Part shown: positions 1-11,080 of the stretch, piece after piece
How the letters are laid out: the number at the start of each line of letters is the position of its first letter
How positions within the stretch are numbered: the first letter of the stretch is position 1
Virus record (IMG/VR): IMGVR_UViG_3300013132_000041
Span: 11,569 to 75,568 of that record
Length of the DNA stretch: 64,000 nucleotides
From: a virus
Direction: 5' to 3' (one strand)
The notes under the pieces: generated by a model
What the model saw: only the letters and a program-made list of their open reading frames with translations
Told to the model about the DNA's origin: nothing
Databases searched by the model: none
Program-made: the position numbers and the translations under genes

Positions 1-3000
1 ACTGGTAATATTACTTTATCTGGAACTGGAGTAACACCTACTACTTATGGCGGTAACAACAGGACTATACCTAATTTTACAGTAGATAATTACGGTAGAA
101 TAACGTCAGCCGGAAATACAATATTAGATGATATAGTTTTGGGTACACAAACTGCCGGAGATTATGTACAAAACGTAATTCCTGGAACAGGTGTAATTAT
201 AACAGGTTCCCCTGGCGAATCAAGACAAGCAACAATATCCATTGGCCAAAATGTAGATGTCACTTCTAATGTAACTTTTGGTAGCATAGTTATAAATGGT
301 GATTTAACGCCTGGCACCAATGTAATATATTCATTAGGTAATGCTACACATAGATTCGCTAATTTATTTTTAAGTGGAAATACTGTAGATTTAGGTGGAT
401 CATTTATAAAATTTAATAATGGAGCATTTGAATTTTTAGACCAAGGTGGAAACCCCGCACAAACTAGATTATACACTAGTAATATTATAGAAGGTGGGGA
501 TACCACTACAGGTAACGTTTATTTTTCTAATCTTAGAGTTTATTCTGCTATAGTAGGAAATCTAGCACTCAAAGCTAATGTAGTAGACTTGACAACAAGC
601 AACGTAATAGAAGGTACCAACCTATATTATACCAATGCTCGTGTTTATGAAGCAGTTACAGGTAATCTGGCTCTTAAAGCAAATATAATAGACCTGATTA
701 CATCAAATATAACTGAGGGCACTAATCTTTATTACACCAACACTAGAGTCTATGAAGCAATAACCGGCAATCTAGCACTTAAAGCCAACGTAACAGACCT
801 AACAACAAGTAATGTAGCAGAAGGTACTAATCTTTATTTTACTAATGCTAGATCCAGATTGGCTATTAGTGCTTCGGATAGCACAATAATTTATGATCCT
901 GTTACTGGTAGTATATCAGCCAATGTTTCAGCTTTGGGAGCCAATGTATTAAGTGTTAATGGGCAAACAGGTATAGTATTGTTGACAACAACAAACGTAT
1001 CTGAAGGCGCTAATCTATACTATACTAATACAAGAGTCTATGAAGCAATAACCGGCAATCTAGCACTTAAAGCTAATGTGACCGATTTGTCTACAAGTAA
1101 TGTTACTGAGGGTACCAACCTATACTATACCAATGCTCGTGTTTATGAAGCAGTTACAGGTAATCTGGCACTTAAAGCAAATATAGTAGACCTAACATCA
1201 AGTAATGTAGCAGAAGGTACTAATTTATATTTTACTAATTCTCGTGTTTACGCGGCAGTTACAGGTAATCTGGCACTTAAAGCAAATGTAGTAGATTTAA
1301 CTACATCAAATGTAACTGAGGGTACTAATCTTTATTACACCAATGCTCGTGTTTATGAAGCAGTTACAGGTAATTTAAATTTCAAAGCCAACATAACAGA
1401 CCTAACATCAAGTAATGTAGCAGAAGGTACTAATTTATATTATACCAATGCTCGTGTTTATGAAGCAGTTACAGGTAATCTGGCACTTAAAGCAAATATA
1501 GTAGACCTAACATCAAGTAATGTAGCAGAAGGTACTAATTTATATTTTACTAATGCTAGAACATATTCTAACGTAATCACATTACTTTCCAACAATGTCA
1601 CACTTGGTAATGTAGTTGTTACTGGTAATTTAACTATATCAGGAAATACTACAATAATTAATGCTGAGGAATTGTATCTAGCAGACAATCAGATAGTATT
1701 AAATTCTAATCATTCTGGTGTACCTACGCAAGATGCAGGGATTCTGTTAAATAGGGGGACAAGCGGTAACGTAGATATAAAATGGAACGAATCCACTGAT
1801 AGATGGTCTTTCACCAATGATGGTTCCACTTATTATGTTTTACCTACTAGCACAACAGATATAGCGGAAGGTACAAATCTTTATTTTAGTAATGATAGGT
1901 CAAGATTAGCTATTTCAGTTGTTGGAAGCGGAAACTATGATAATTCTACTGGTATTATAACTATCACCGGGGGAGTTTCATCTGTAGGGGGCGCTACAGG
2001 AAACGTAAGTAATAATCAGTTGGCATTATCTATTTCTTCATCTGGATTATTAACTACTTCAAATGTATCAGAAGGTACTAATCTATACTATACCAATGCT
2101 CGTGTTTATGCAGCAGTTACGGGTAATTTAGCAACCAAAGCGAATGTAGTAGATTTAACTACTTCAAATGTATCAGAAGGTACTAATCTATACTATACCA
2201 ATGCTCGTGTTTATGCAGCAGTTACGGGTAATTTAGCCCTTAAAGCTAATGTAACTGATCTTAAAACTAGTAATGTAATTGAAGATACCAATCTCTATTA
2301 TACTGATTTAAGAGTATATGAAGCAGTTAAAGGTAATCTGGCACTTAAAGCTAATGTAGTAGATTTAACAACAAGTAATGTAACAGAAGGCACGAATTTA
2401 TATTTTACAAATACTCGTGTATATTCAGCAATACTTGGTAATTTAGCTCTTAAAGCTAATGTAACCGATCTTAATACAAGCAATATTACAGAGGGCACCA
2501 ATCTCTATTATACTGATTTAAGAGTATATGAAGCAGTTAAAGGTAATCTGGCACTTAAAGCTAATGTAGTAGATTTAACAACAAGTAATGTAACAGAAGG
2601 CACTAATCTTTACTATAGTAATGCAAGAACGTATGCCAATGTTATATCTATATTACCTTTCTATACCGGTAATATATCAGCAGCAAACCTATATGTAGGA
2701 AATTTAACTACAACTGGAAACATATCTGTTAGTAATATTATTGGCAATTTCACTAATACTATTATAGAAGCTGGATCATATTCTTTTACATTCAACGATT
2801 CTGGTAATGTTATTATACCCAATGCTATAATAGCTAATGTATTATATGCAAACTCTATTCAAAATATTACCACAAGTAATATTATTGAAGGTACAAACTT
2901 ATATTATACTAATACCAGAGCATATGCTAATACATTATCAGCAATAAAGACAGGTAATGGTATAGTTTATAGTAACACGACAGGCAATATTACATTATCA

Positions 3001-5226
3001 GCTACAGGAGTTTTTCCAGAAAATTATGGTAATAATACCCATCATGTAGGATTGGTGATAGATAGTACAGGTAGAATTACTTCTGCTAATTCTATTCCTT
3101 TAGCTGCAGGACCACAGGGTAATCAAGGTGTCCAGGGCGCAGTTGGTGCACAGGGCAATCAAGGTGTCCAAGGTGCAACAGGTCCTCAAGGAAACCAAGG
3201 TGACCAAGGCGCAGTTGGTGCACAGGGTAATCAAGGTTTCCAAGGCGCAATAGGACCACAGGGTAATCAAGGTGTCCAAGGCGCAACAGGACCACAGGGT
3301 AATCAAGGTGCACAGGGTGCAGTTGGTGCACAGGGTGCAGTTGGTGCTCAAGGGGCACAGGGCGTCCAAGGCGCAACAGGTGTAGGTGTCCAAGGCGCTC
3401 AAGGTGTACAAGGTGCATCAGGGGCAGCTAGTGCTACCTTTAATGTATGCGGAACAAATAATATTGTAAGTTGCATAGGTGGAACAGGTTTTTACGGCAC
3501 TAATAACTTTTTTGCTGGTTCATGTGCTGGCAATTGCAATACCACAGGCAGTCATAATAATTTCTTTGGTCGATATGTTGGTCGCGGCAATACCACTGGG
3601 AATCATAATAATTTCTTTGGTATGTTTGCTGGTTTAAACAATACCACTGGTAGTTATAATACTTTCATTGGTCAATATTCTGGTCGCTTTAATACCACTG
3701 GCTGTTATAATAATTTCATCGGTTCAAATGCTGGTTGCTGCAATACCACTGGTAGTTGTAATAATTTCCTTGGTCGTGATGCTGGTCGCTACAATACTAC
3801 TGGCAGTAATAATAATTTCTTTGGTCGTAGTGCTGGTTGCTGCAATACCACTGGCACTCATAATAATTTCATTGGTTGTAGTGCTGGTCGCAGCAATACC
3901 GACGGCGGTTCTAATAATTTCTTTGGTCGCTATGCTGGTTTCTGCAATACCAATGGCTGTAATAATACTTTCATTGGTGCATTTGCTGGTTGCGCTAATA
4001 CCACTGGCAATAACAATCTTTTCTTTGGTAATTCTGCTGGTTTCAGCAATATCAGTGGCAGTAATAATAATTTCTTTGGTGGAAATGCTGGTCGTAGTAA
4101 TACCACTGGTAGTTATAATAATTTCTTTGGTAATTCTGCTGGTCGCTACAATACCGACGGCTGTTGTAATACTTTCATAGGTTTCTATGCTGGTTGCTGC
4201 AATACCACTGGGTGTAATAATAATTTCTTTGGTACATTTGCTGGTCGCTCCAATACTACTGGCAGTCATAATAATTTCTTTGGTAATTCTGCTGGTCGCT
4301 GCAATACCACTGGCGTACATAATAATTTCTTTGGTGTAGGTGCTGGTCTCAACAATACCAATGGTAGTTATAATACTTTCATTGGTTTATGTGCTGGTTG
4401 TAATAATACAGCATCACATAACATTTTTATCGGTCGATATGCAGGAAAAAGTACAACTAGTGGCGGATACAACAATTTCTTTGGTCAAAATGTTGGTCTA
4501 AATAATACCACTGGTTGTTATAATAATTTTATTGGTCGTGCAGCTGGTGGAAACAATACCACTGGCAGTAATAATAATTTCTTTGGTATGTATGCTGGTC
4601 GCAACAATACCACTGGCACTCATAATAATTTCATTGGTCGATATGCTGGTCGCAGCAATACCACTGGCACTCATAATAATTTCTTTGGTAACAATGCTGG
4701 TCGCAACAATACCACTGGGACCAATAATAATTTCTTTGGTTTAAATGCTGGTTGCTGCAATACCACTGGCAGTAACAATCTTTTCTTCGGTTGTTACTCT
4801 GGTGTTGGTGCAACAGGTTTGGCAAATATTACCACAGAATCAAATCGTATCATCATGGGCAATAGTAGTCATTCCTGTGCTCAAATTCAAATTGGTTGGA
4901 CAACAGTTTCAGATATCCGTGATAAATGTGTATTTGGTCCTGTTCCGCATGGTAAAGATTTTTTAAGAAGAATTAACCCTATTGAATTTTCCTTCAAAAA
5001 TCGCGATACTAATGTAATTACAGATATCAAGAAACGTTATGGTTTTAGTGCACAAGAAATTTTAGAAATTGAAGGAAATGATCCTGTAATTGTAAGTGAT
5101 CAAGATAATAGTAAATTGCATGTAACTATTGATCATTTAATACCTATTATAGTTAATACGATTAAACAATTAGTAAATGAAGTTGATGAATTAAGAACAA
5201 AAATTATTGCGTTAGAAAATAGATAA
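1..5226 (+). CDS. Large tail fibre, 5'-truncated by the window; ~35-aa repeats, collagen segment, 14-aa beta-roll repeats, C-terminal intramolecular chaperone (peptidase S74-like)
   Basis: Frame is open from position 1 ([17 protein letters not shown]...), so the TTG at 139 is not the true start. C-terminus SDIRDK...LRRINPIEF...YGFSAQEI plus a coiled coil is typical of an S74 chaperone. Confidence 0.85.
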   Translation, partial: TGNITLSGTGVTPTTYGGNNRTIPNFTVDNYGRITSAGNTILDDIVLGTQTAGDYVQNVIPGTGVIITGSPGESRQATISIGQNVDVTSNVTFGSIVINGDLTPGTNVIYSLGNATHRFANLFLSGNTVDLGGSFIKFNNGAFEFLDQGGNPAQTRLYTSNIIEGGDTTTGNVYFSNLRVYSAIVGNLALKANVVDLTTSNVIEGTNLYYTNARVYEAVTGNLALKANIIDLITSNITEGTNLYYTNTRVYEAITGNLALKANVTDLTTSNVAEGTNLYFTNARSRLAISASDSTIIYDPVTGSISANVSALGANVLSVNGQTGIVLLTTTNVSEGANLYYTNTRVYEAITGNLALKANVTDLSTSNVTEGTNLYYTNARVYEAVTGNLALKANIVDLTSSNVAEGTNLYFTNSRVYAAVTGNLALKANVVDLTTSNVTEGTNLYYTNARVYEAVTGNLNFKANITDLTSSNVAEGTNLYYTNARVYEAVTGNLALKANIVDLTSSNVAEGTNLYFTNARTYSNVITLLSNNVTLGNVVVTGNLTISGNTTIINAEELYLADNQIVLNSNHSGVPTQDAGILLNRGTSGNVDIKWNESTDRWSFTNDGSTYYVLPTSTTDIAEGTNLYFSNDRSRLAISVVGSGNYDNSTGIITITGGVSSVGGATGNVSNNQLALSISSSGLLTTSNVSEGTNLYYTNARVYAAVTGNLATKANVVDLTTSNVSEGTNLYYTNARVYAAVTGNLALKANVTDLKTSNVIEDTNLYYTDLRVYEAVKGNLALKANVVDLTTSNVTEGTNLYFTNTRVYSAILGNLALKANVTDLNTSNITEGTNLYYTDLRVYEAVKGNLALKANVVDLTTSNVTEGTNLYYSNARTYANVISILPFYTGNISAANLYVGNLTTTGNISVSNIIGNFTNTIIEAGSYSFTFNDSGNVIIPNAIIANVLYANSIQNITTSNIIEGTNLYYTNTRAYANTLSAIKTGNGIVYSNTTGNITLSATGVFPENYGNNTHHVGLVIDSTGRITSANSIPLAAGPQGNQGVQGAVGAQGNQGVQGATGPQGNQGDQGAVGAQGNQGFQGAIGPQGNQGVQGATGPQGNQGAQGAVGAQGAVGAQGAQGVQGATGVGVQGAQGVQGASGAASATFNVCGTNNIVSCIGGTGFYGTNNFFAGSCAGNCNTTGSHNNFFGRYVGRGNTTGNHNNFFGMFAGLNNTTGSYNTFIGQYSGRFNTTGCYNNFIGSNAGCCNTTGSCNNFLGRDAGRYNTTGSNNNFFGRSAGCCNTTGTHNNFIGCSAGRSNTDGGSNNFFGRYAGFCNTNGCNNTFIGAFAGCANTTGNNNLFFGNSAGFSNISGSNNNFFGGNAGRSNTTGSYNNFFGNSAGRYNTDGCCNTFIGFYAGCCNTTGCNNNFFGTFAGRSNTTGSHNNFFGNSAGRCNTTGVHNNFFGVGAGLNNTNGSYNTFIGLCAGCNNTASHNIFIGRYAGKSTTSGGYNNFFGQNVGLNNTTGCYNNFIGRAAGGNNTTGSNNNFFGMYAGRNNTTGTHNNFIGRYAGRSNTTGTHNNFFGNNAGRNNTTGTNNNFFGLNAGCCNTTGSNNLFFGCYSGVGATGLANITTESNRIIMGNSSHSCAQIQIGWTTVSDIRDKCVFGPVPHGKDFLRRINPIEFSFKNRDTNVITDIKKRYGFSAQEILEIEGNDPVIVSDQDNSKLHVTIDHLIPIIVNTIKQLVNEVDELRTKIIALENR
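520..2640 (+). repeat. Coding tandem repeats of ~105 bp/35 aa ([35 protein letters not shown])
   Basis: Many near-identical copies in two blocks (~520-1560 and ~2050-2640); boundaries approximate. Confidence 0.9.
3109..3426 (+). repeat. Collagen-like Gly-X-Y repeat in tail fibre
   Basis: [15 protein letters not shown]... triplets. Confidence 0.95.
3496..4800 (+). repeat. 14-aa (42 bp) repeats NTTGxxNNFFGxxAG (YadA-head-like beta-roll)
   Basis: About 30 consecutive copies visible in the translation; boundaries approximate. Confidence 0.85.
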
Positions 5227-5238
5227 TCATTTATCATA

Positions 5239-5246
5239 TATAAATA
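5239..5246 (+). promoter_or_regulatory. T4-type late promoter TATAAATA
   Basis: Exact gp55 consensus ~30 nt upstream of the ORF at 5278. Confidence 0.7.
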
Positions 5247-5277
5247 TGTTATGTATGTAAAAATTTAAAGGAATTTT

Positions 5278-5523
5278 ATGTCAACTACGTTAGAAATTTT
5301 GCAAACAATTAGAGCAGCTAGAGACAGTGTTTGGGTGATTCAAGATTCCTTAGCAAAACTGGCTGCAGGACAAACACTTACAGACATGATTCGCGGAAAC
5401 ATTGATAGAAATGTTGGACACCTTAAATTAGTCGTTGCAAACCCAGACGTTTCGGGATCGGGTGAGGACATATCCGATTTATACAATGCAATTAATCAAG
5501 GTGAAGCAGCATTAAACCAGTGA
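5278..5523 (+). CDS. Hypothetical protein (possible fibre-associated protein)
   Basis: AAGGA RBS, late promoter, directly follows the fibre gene. Confidence 0.6.
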   Translation: MSTTLEILQTIRAARDSVWVIQDSLAKLAAGQTLTDMIRGNIDRNVGHLKLVVANPDVSGSGEDISDLYNAINQGEAALNQ

Positions 5524-5635
5524 TCACTTAGTTATATACATATATTAACTACCAATTCAACATTTATTAGAATTAGTTTGATCACATTACCTCCTTATAG
5601 TATTTACTTACAGTAACTGATTATGGAAAAAATTT

Positions 5636-6277
5636 ATGATAAAAGTTTTGATAGCTACACCCAGCTTGAATCAAAAGGTAGATGCTTATTTTGTTCATAG
5701 TTTATGTGAATCAATATTATTAGGGTTAAAAAATAATATAGAGATAAAATGCGTATTCTTGGCTAATGAGAGTATTTTACCTATGGCTCGTAATGAGTTA
5801 ATAGCTTTAGCGGTTAAAGATAATTACGATACTATTGTATTCATAGATGATGATGAATCCTGGGATCCTCAATATTTAATAGATATTATTCTTTCAAAAA
5901 AAGATGTGATTGCTTTACCTGTTGTCAATAAAGGTGATAAAAAAATTGAGTTCAATGTTTGGCTTAATGGGAAATTTATAGATGAAGAAGACGGTTTTAT
6001 TAAGATAGATCGTTGTGGTTCGGGATTTTTAAAAATATCACGCAAAGCATTATTAGACTTGTGGGAATCAAACGTAGAATTATTATTTCGTGGTAAAAAA
6101 CTTAAAAACATTTTTGAATATACCTATAGTAAAGGTTCTTTTGTAGGTGAAGATATTACATTATGTTTGAAATTGAAAGAATTGGGTTACGACATTTGGT
6201 TAAATCCACATCATACTGTCGATCATATAGGTAATAAAATGTATAAGGGAGACTTTAAAAAGGCAAACTCTTTATGA
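5636..6277 (+). CDS. GT-A fold glycosyltransferase
   Basis: KVLIATP start, ARN motif, FIDDD DxD-like motif, GSGFLKISR, GEDI..C, HIG. Confidence 0.8.
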   Translation: MIKVLIATPSLNQKVDAYFVHSLCESILLGLKNNIEIKCVFLANESILPMARNELIALAVKDNYDTIVFIDDDESWDPQYLIDIILSKKDVIALPVVNKGDKKIEFNVWLNGKFIDEEDGFIKIDRCGSGFLKISRKALLDLWESNVELLFRGKKLKNIFEYTYSKGSFVGEDITLCLKLKELGYDIWLNPHHTVDHIGNKMYKGDFKKANSL

Positions 6278-7563
6278 TTGATATTATTATACCTACTATG
6301 TGGGTACCTGAAGAATTCCCTAATACAATTGATTCATACTGCAGTAATAATTTAATTAATACAATTATTATAATAGATAATAATAGATTAGCTCGTACGA
6401 ATTCATCTATTCTAAAAAATAAAAAAATAAAAATTATTGATTATGGTAAAAATGTATATGTCAATAAAGCATGGAATGAAGGTGTTGGATTGGCAACCAC
6501 TAAAATAATAGGAATTTTAAATGATGACATAAAGGTCGATAAAGAAATATTTGAAATGGTATTAAATTATGAAATACAACCGAAAGATTTAATGGGTGTT
6601 AATTTGATAGGTAGACAAAACAATTTTAAAATTGATGATTTTATAAACACTGAAGAAAAAATTTCTGTTTTAAACTATATAGATACAGAGCCAATAGGTG
6701 GGCAAGCTTGGGCGTTTGGTATTTGTATGTTTATGCAAAGATTATCATATACACCTATACCATCACTTTATCAGATTTGGTATGGTGATGATTATTTAGC
6801 ACAACGAGCAAAACGAATACTCGTTATCAATTCTAATAAAATAAAGGGTAAAATTTCTGAAACATTGACAAAATTTAATGATAAAAATGACGACATAAAC
6901 AAAAGAATGGTACTGGATTCCAAAAATCTACTTAATTTTGAACATTTTAAAAATGGAAAAAACTGGGATATACCCAACAACATAGTTAAACAATCTACAA
7001 TAGATAGCAAACAATATAATGTTAAAGGTGCAGATATTTTACAAGAACAATACCTTTTAGCAAAAGATACACCTTCTGATATAAACGAAAATTTGTATAT
7101 ACTTTACGATTTAGCTAAAAAATGTGAAACAATAGTGGAAATGGGGGTACGATATGGTGTAAGTACTAGGGCATTTTTAAATACAAATGCTAAGCTAATT
7201 TCATATGATTTATATTTAGATAAAAATGTTCAAAAGCTTTTTGATGTTGCTAAAACTCTTGGAAAAGATGTAAAATATTTACAAAATGATGTACTAAAAA
7301 TTTCCATAGATGAGGTGGATCTTTTATTCATTGATACCTACCATACATATAATCAATTAAAACAAGAATTAAAATTGCATGGAAATAAAGCACAAAAATT
7401 TATTGTTTTTCATGATACATTTACATATGGACTACGAGACGAAACGGGCAAAGGTATAGGTTTAATACCAGCAATTTTAGAATTTATAATAGATAATCCG
7501 CAGTGGAGAGTTAAACTACATAAAACTAATAATAATGGTTTAACAGTATTGGAAAAATTTTAA
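6274..7563 (+). CDS. GT2 glycosyltransferase fused to class I SAM methyltransferase
   Basis: IDIIIPT/AWNEG/ILNDD N-terminus; VEMGVRYGVST, LLFIDTYHTY, FHDT C-terminus. Confidence 0.8.
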   Translation: MIDIIIPTMWVPEEFPNTIDSYCSNNLINTIIIIDNNRLARTNSSILKNKKIKIIDYGKNVYVNKAWNEGVGLATTKIIGILNDDIKVDKEIFEMVLNYEIQPKDLMGVNLIGRQNNFKIDDFINTEEKISVLNYIDTEPIGGQAWAFGICMFMQRLSYTPIPSLYQIWYGDDYLAQRAKRILVINSNKIKGKISETLTKFNDKNDDINKRMVLDSKNLLNFEHFKNGKNWDIPNNIVKQSTIDSKQYNVKGADILQEQYLLAKDTPSDINENLYILYDLAKKCETIVEMGVRYGVSTRAFLNTNAKLISYDLYLDKNVQKLFDVAKTLGKDVKYLQNDVLKISIDEVDLLFIDTYHTYNQLKQELKLHGNKAQKFIVFHDTFTYGLRDETGKGIGLIPAILEFIIDNPQWRVKLHKTNNNGLTVLEKF

Positions 7564-7572
7564 AGGTTTATT

Positions 7573-8469
7573 ATGAAATATAGTATTTTTCATCTTCAAG
7601 GTGGTATAGGTAAACATATAGCTGCAACAGCAGTAGCTAAAACCATAAAAAATAATTATCCAGATAGAAAATTAATTATCGTATGTGCCTATCCGGATAT
7701 TTTTATTAACTTATCTTTTGTAGATCGTGTATTTCTTTTGGGGAACACAAGTTACTTTTATCAAGAATATATTCAAGATAAGGATTCAATTATTTTTCAT
7801 CATGAGCCATATTATACAACTAATCATATACACAAAAGAAAAAAATTAATTGAAAATTGGTGCGAAATGCACCAATTAAAATATAATAATGAAACTCCTG
7901 AAATTAAATTTAATAAACTACAATGGGATATTTCAAAGAAATTTTGGTCAAGAAAAAAACCTATTATGTTAATTCATACTAATGGGGGCATGATGACTGC
8001 TGATGCTAAACCTTATGCTTGGACAAGGGACATGCCCACAGATTTAGCACAGGAATTAGTAGATTATTATAAAAATGATTATCACATATATCAGGTTACA
8101 AAAATTAATTCAGAAAAATTAAATGGAGCTGAACATATTTTTGCTGCTCCAACACAAGCATTGAATTTGATGGAACTTTTTAGTATCATACTTCATAGTA
8201 AAAAAAGAATTTTAATTGATTCTTGTCTACAGCATGCTGCAGCAGCAATGAAGAGAAAATCTACAGTATTATGGAATGGTACAAGCCCTTCAGTTTTTGG
8301 TTACGATATACATGATAATATTTGTACTGATGTTCCTTATGATTTTAAACTTCCTGGAAGTTACTTATTTGATTTTGATTTTAATGGAAATGAAGTAGAA
8401 TATCCTTTTACAGATACCACTAAAATATTTGATATAAATAAGATTATTGTTTCTGTTGATAATCAATAG
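7573..8469 (+). CDS. Putative GT-B glycosyltransferase (GT9/heptosyltransferase-like)
   Basis: GGIGKHIAAT and IDSCLQHAAAAMKRKSTVLW resemble the GT9 GxGD and DSGxxHxAxA motifs. Confidence 0.65.
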   Translation: MKYSIFHLQGGIGKHIAATAVAKTIKNNYPDRKLIIVCAYPDIFINLSFVDRVFLLGNTSYFYQEYIQDKDSIIFHHEPYYTTNHIHKRKKLIENWCEMHQLKYNNETPEIKFNKLQWDISKKFWSRKKPIMLIHTNGGMMTADAKPYAWTRDMPTDLAQELVDYYKNDYHIYQVTKINSEKLNGAEHIFAAPTQALNLMELFSIILHSKKRILIDSCLQHAAAAMKRKSTVLWNGTSPSVFGYDIHDNICTDVPYDFKLPGSYLFDFDFNGNEVEYPFTDTTKIFDINKIIVSVDNQ

Positions 8470-8481
8470 GGTATAACTATT

Positions 8482-9456
8482 ATGGATATGAAAAATATGA
8501 TTAAAGAAATTATTCGTGAAGAAATGAATAAAAATACTAAAATATATCATTTTATGGCAGGGTTACCTAGATCAGGTAGTACTTTACTTTCAGCTATTTT
8601 AAATCAAAACCCAAATATTCATTCTGGTCCCAGTTCACCTGTCGTACCTACAATGTTAGCTATAGAAATCTCACTAAGTAATGATGAACTTTTTTTAGCG
8701 TATCCTAAACCAGAACAAGCAAGCAAAATTATTTCTAGTGTTCTTGATAATTTTTATTCTGATATTTCCGCGCCAGTAATCATAGATAAAAATAGAAGTT
8801 GGATAGATAAAATAAATTATATACGCGGATATTTTAACATACAAAAACCTAAAATTTTATATCCAGTTAGGGATATAAAAGAGATACTGGCTTCTTTTAT
8901 ATCTATGCATAAACGAAATTTATATAAAGGATCGGGTAAATTACCTTTTCCGGATGAATCTTTAGTTAAATCTAATTTGCCTCTTTCCGATGATGTTCGA
9001 TGTGAATTTCTATGTGGTGACATGGGTATTATAGGGCAATCATATAATGGGTTAAAGAAATGTTTTTTAGAAGGAAATGATGATTGTGTTCATATTATAG
9101 AATATAATGATTTGATAATTGATCCTGAAACTACTATGAGAAAAATATACGATTATTTAGAAATGGATTATTATGAGCATGATTTCAATAACTTAGTGAA
9201 TTTATATAGAGAAAATGATCTTCAAGTATATGGTCTTGAAGATATGCATGAAGTTAGAAAAAAATTAGAAAAAGTATCAACTACTCCTGAAGATATTTTA
9301 CCTGAAAATGTTTTAGAAAAACTTAAAAATTTAGAATTTTGGAGAAAAAATGATATTATAGATTATGATAAAAACGTTGATTTTAATAATGAAATAGGTG
9401 AGGATGTTAATAGCGAAGTTCAAGAATCATTTATAGGATATAAAAATTTACATTGA
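8482..9456 (+). CDS. PAPS-dependent sulfotransferase
   Basis: 5'-PSB loop GLPRSGSTLL; VRDIKEILAS 3'-PB motif; IEYNDLIIDP. Confidence 0.85.
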   Translation: MDMKNMIKEIIREEMNKNTKIYHFMAGLPRSGSTLLSAILNQNPNIHSGPSSPVVPTMLAIEISLSNDELFLAYPKPEQASKIISSVLDNFYSDISAPVIIDKNRSWIDKINYIRGYFNIQKPKILYPVRDIKEILASFISMHKRNLYKGSGKLPFPDESLVKSNLPLSDDVRCEFLCGDMGIIGQSYNGLKKCFLEGNDDCVHIIEYNDLIIDPETTMRKIYDYLEMDYYEHDFNNLVNLYRENDLQVYGLEDMHEVRKKLEKVSTTPEDILPENVLEKLKNLEFWRKNDIIDYDKNVDFNNEIGEDVNSEVQESFIGYKNLH

Positions 9457-9511
9457 ATTTAATTGAAAAATTTTGAATACTAAGAAATTTTAACATCAAA
9501 TACGAGGTATT

Positions 9512-10348
9512 ATGGAAAAAATTTTAATTATGGGGCTACCTGGTTCCGGAAAAACATATTTTGCTAATCTTTTAAAAAAATTTTTAGAAACTTATGGGTA
9601 CAGAGATTTATCCTCAATTGGAGATGTTCCTTATCCAAAGATGAATGCAAGAGTAGATTGGTTTAATGGTGATGATGTAAGAAGAAAATTTAATGATTGG
9701 GATTTTTCTAAGGAAGGAAGAATACGACAAAGTATTAGAATGTTTGAATTTGCTCTAACTTCTAATTGTGAATATGTAATATGCGATTTTGTAGCTCCTA
9801 TGCCAGAAATGCGAAATAATTTTAAAGCAGATTGGACTATCTGGATGGATACCATAGACTCAGGTAGATTTGACGATACTAATAAATTATTCGTAGCACC
9901 AGATATGTATGATTTTAGAATTACAGAGCAAAATGCCGAGCATTGGGCTCCTATTGTAGGTAAAATGATTCTTGATAATCAAAGACGTCCTGTGTTTGAT
10001 TGGAAAAAAGAAACAGTACAGATGCTGGGGCGCTGGCAACCCTGGCATGCGGGACATAGAGCTTTGTTTGAAAGAGCATTGGCAAAAACTGGACAGGTTT
10101 GTATAATGATACGAGATTGCCAAGGATGGAATAATTCTAACCCATTTGAATTGAAAAAAGTGAAAGATTTTATTAAAAGAGATTTAGATCCGCTTTATCA
10201 AGGGCAGTATGAGATAGTTATAGTTCCCAATATAGTTAATATTACTTATGGAAGAGATGTGGGATATACAATAGAACAAGAAGTATTTGATGAAAAAATA
10301 CATTCTATATCAGCTACTAAAATAAGAAAACAAATGGGTCTAAAGTAA
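9512..10348 (+). CDS. Adenylylsulfate kinase-like domain fused to an HxGH nucleotidyltransferase domain
   Basis: GLPGSGKT P-loop, NGDDVR, DFSKEGR (CysC-like); GRWQPWHAGH and SISATKIR (HIGH-family). Confidence 0.8.
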   Translation: MEKILIMGLPGSGKTYFANLLKKFLETYGYRDLSSIGDVPYPKMNARVDWFNGDDVRRKFNDWDFSKEGRIRQSIRMFEFALTSNCEYVICDFVAPMPEMRNNFKADWTIWMDTIDSGRFDDTNKLFVAPDMYDFRITEQNAEHWAPIVGKMILDNQRRPVFDWKKETVQMLGRWQPWHAGHRALFERALAKTGQVCIMIRDCQGWNNSNPFELKKVKDFIKRDLDPLYQGQYEIVIVPNIVNITYGRDVGYTIEQEVFDEKIHSISATKIRKQMGLK

Positions 10349-10372
10349 TAAATATTTCTATCCGGAGGAAGA

Positions 10373-10693
10373 ATGTTACAAGTTACAGACAAAGCGTATG
10401 ACCAAATTAAGATGGTACAAATTGAAGAAAACGATTCGTCACCTTTAAGAATTTTTGTACAAGGTGGAGGTTGTTCAGGTTTTTCTTACGGATTTACTTT
10501 TGATGAGAATCAAGCCGAAGATGACTTTATCTTTGAGAAAGAAGGTGTTAAAATATTAATAGATGCTATGTCGATGTCATATCTTGAGGGAGCAGAAATA
10601 GATTACAAAAAAGATTTAACTTCTGCACAGTTTGTAATAAAAAATCCTAACGCAACTAATACGTGTGGTTGCGGATCATCTTTTTCAGTTTAA
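10373..10693 (+). CDS. erpA: A-type Fe-S cluster insertion protein (ErpA/IscA)
   Basis: [17 protein letters not shown] and [16 protein letters not shown]. Confidence 0.9.
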   Translation: MLQVTDKAYDQIKMVQIEENDSSPLRIFVQGGGCSGFSYGFTFDENQAEDDFIFEKEGVKILIDAMSMSYLEGAEIDYKKDLTSAQFVIKNPNATNTCGCGSSFSV

Positions 10694-11080
10694 ATGGCAT
10701 ATTCAACACAAGTATTAGATCATTATGAAAATCCTCGCAATGTGGGATCTTTCGCTAAAGAATTAAAGCGTATTGGGACAGGTATGGTGGGTGCCCCGGC
10801 ATGTGGTGATGTGATGAAACTACAAATACAGGTTAACGAAGAAGGTATAATTACTGACGCTAAGTTTAAGACGTATGGATGTGGTTCAGCTATTGCAAGT
10901 AGCTCGTTAGTAACAGAATGGGTCAAAGGAAAAACACTTGATCAAGCAGGTGAAATTAAAAATGTACAAATTGCAGAAGAACTCGCGTTACCTCCAGTAA
11001 AGATCCATTGCTCAATTTTAGCAGAAGATGCAATTAAGGCAGCTATAAAAGATTTTAAGGAGAAGCATAATGTCATTTGA
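10694..11080 (+). CDS. iscU: Fe-S cluster scaffold IscU
   Basis: DHYENPRNVGS, GAPACGDVMKLQI, GCGSAIASSS, LPPVKIHCS. Confidence 0.95.
   Translation: MAYSTQVLDHYENPRNVGSFAKELKRIGTGMVGAPACGDVMKLQIQVNEEGIITDAKFKTYGCGSAIASSSLVTEWVKGKTLDQAGEIKNVQIAEELALPPVKIHCSILAEDAIKAAIKDFKEKHNVI

Noticed and set aside
520-4800. Tandem repeats as a CRISPR array or DGR template/variable region
   Set aside because: Repeats are in-frame coding units without unique spacers; no reverse transcriptase in the window and no adenine-specific mismatch pattern noticed
3092-4966. Long alternative-frame and antisense ORFs over the collagen and 14-aa repeats (also 48498-48921)
   Set aside because: Shadows of repetitive stop-poor codon patterns; no RBS
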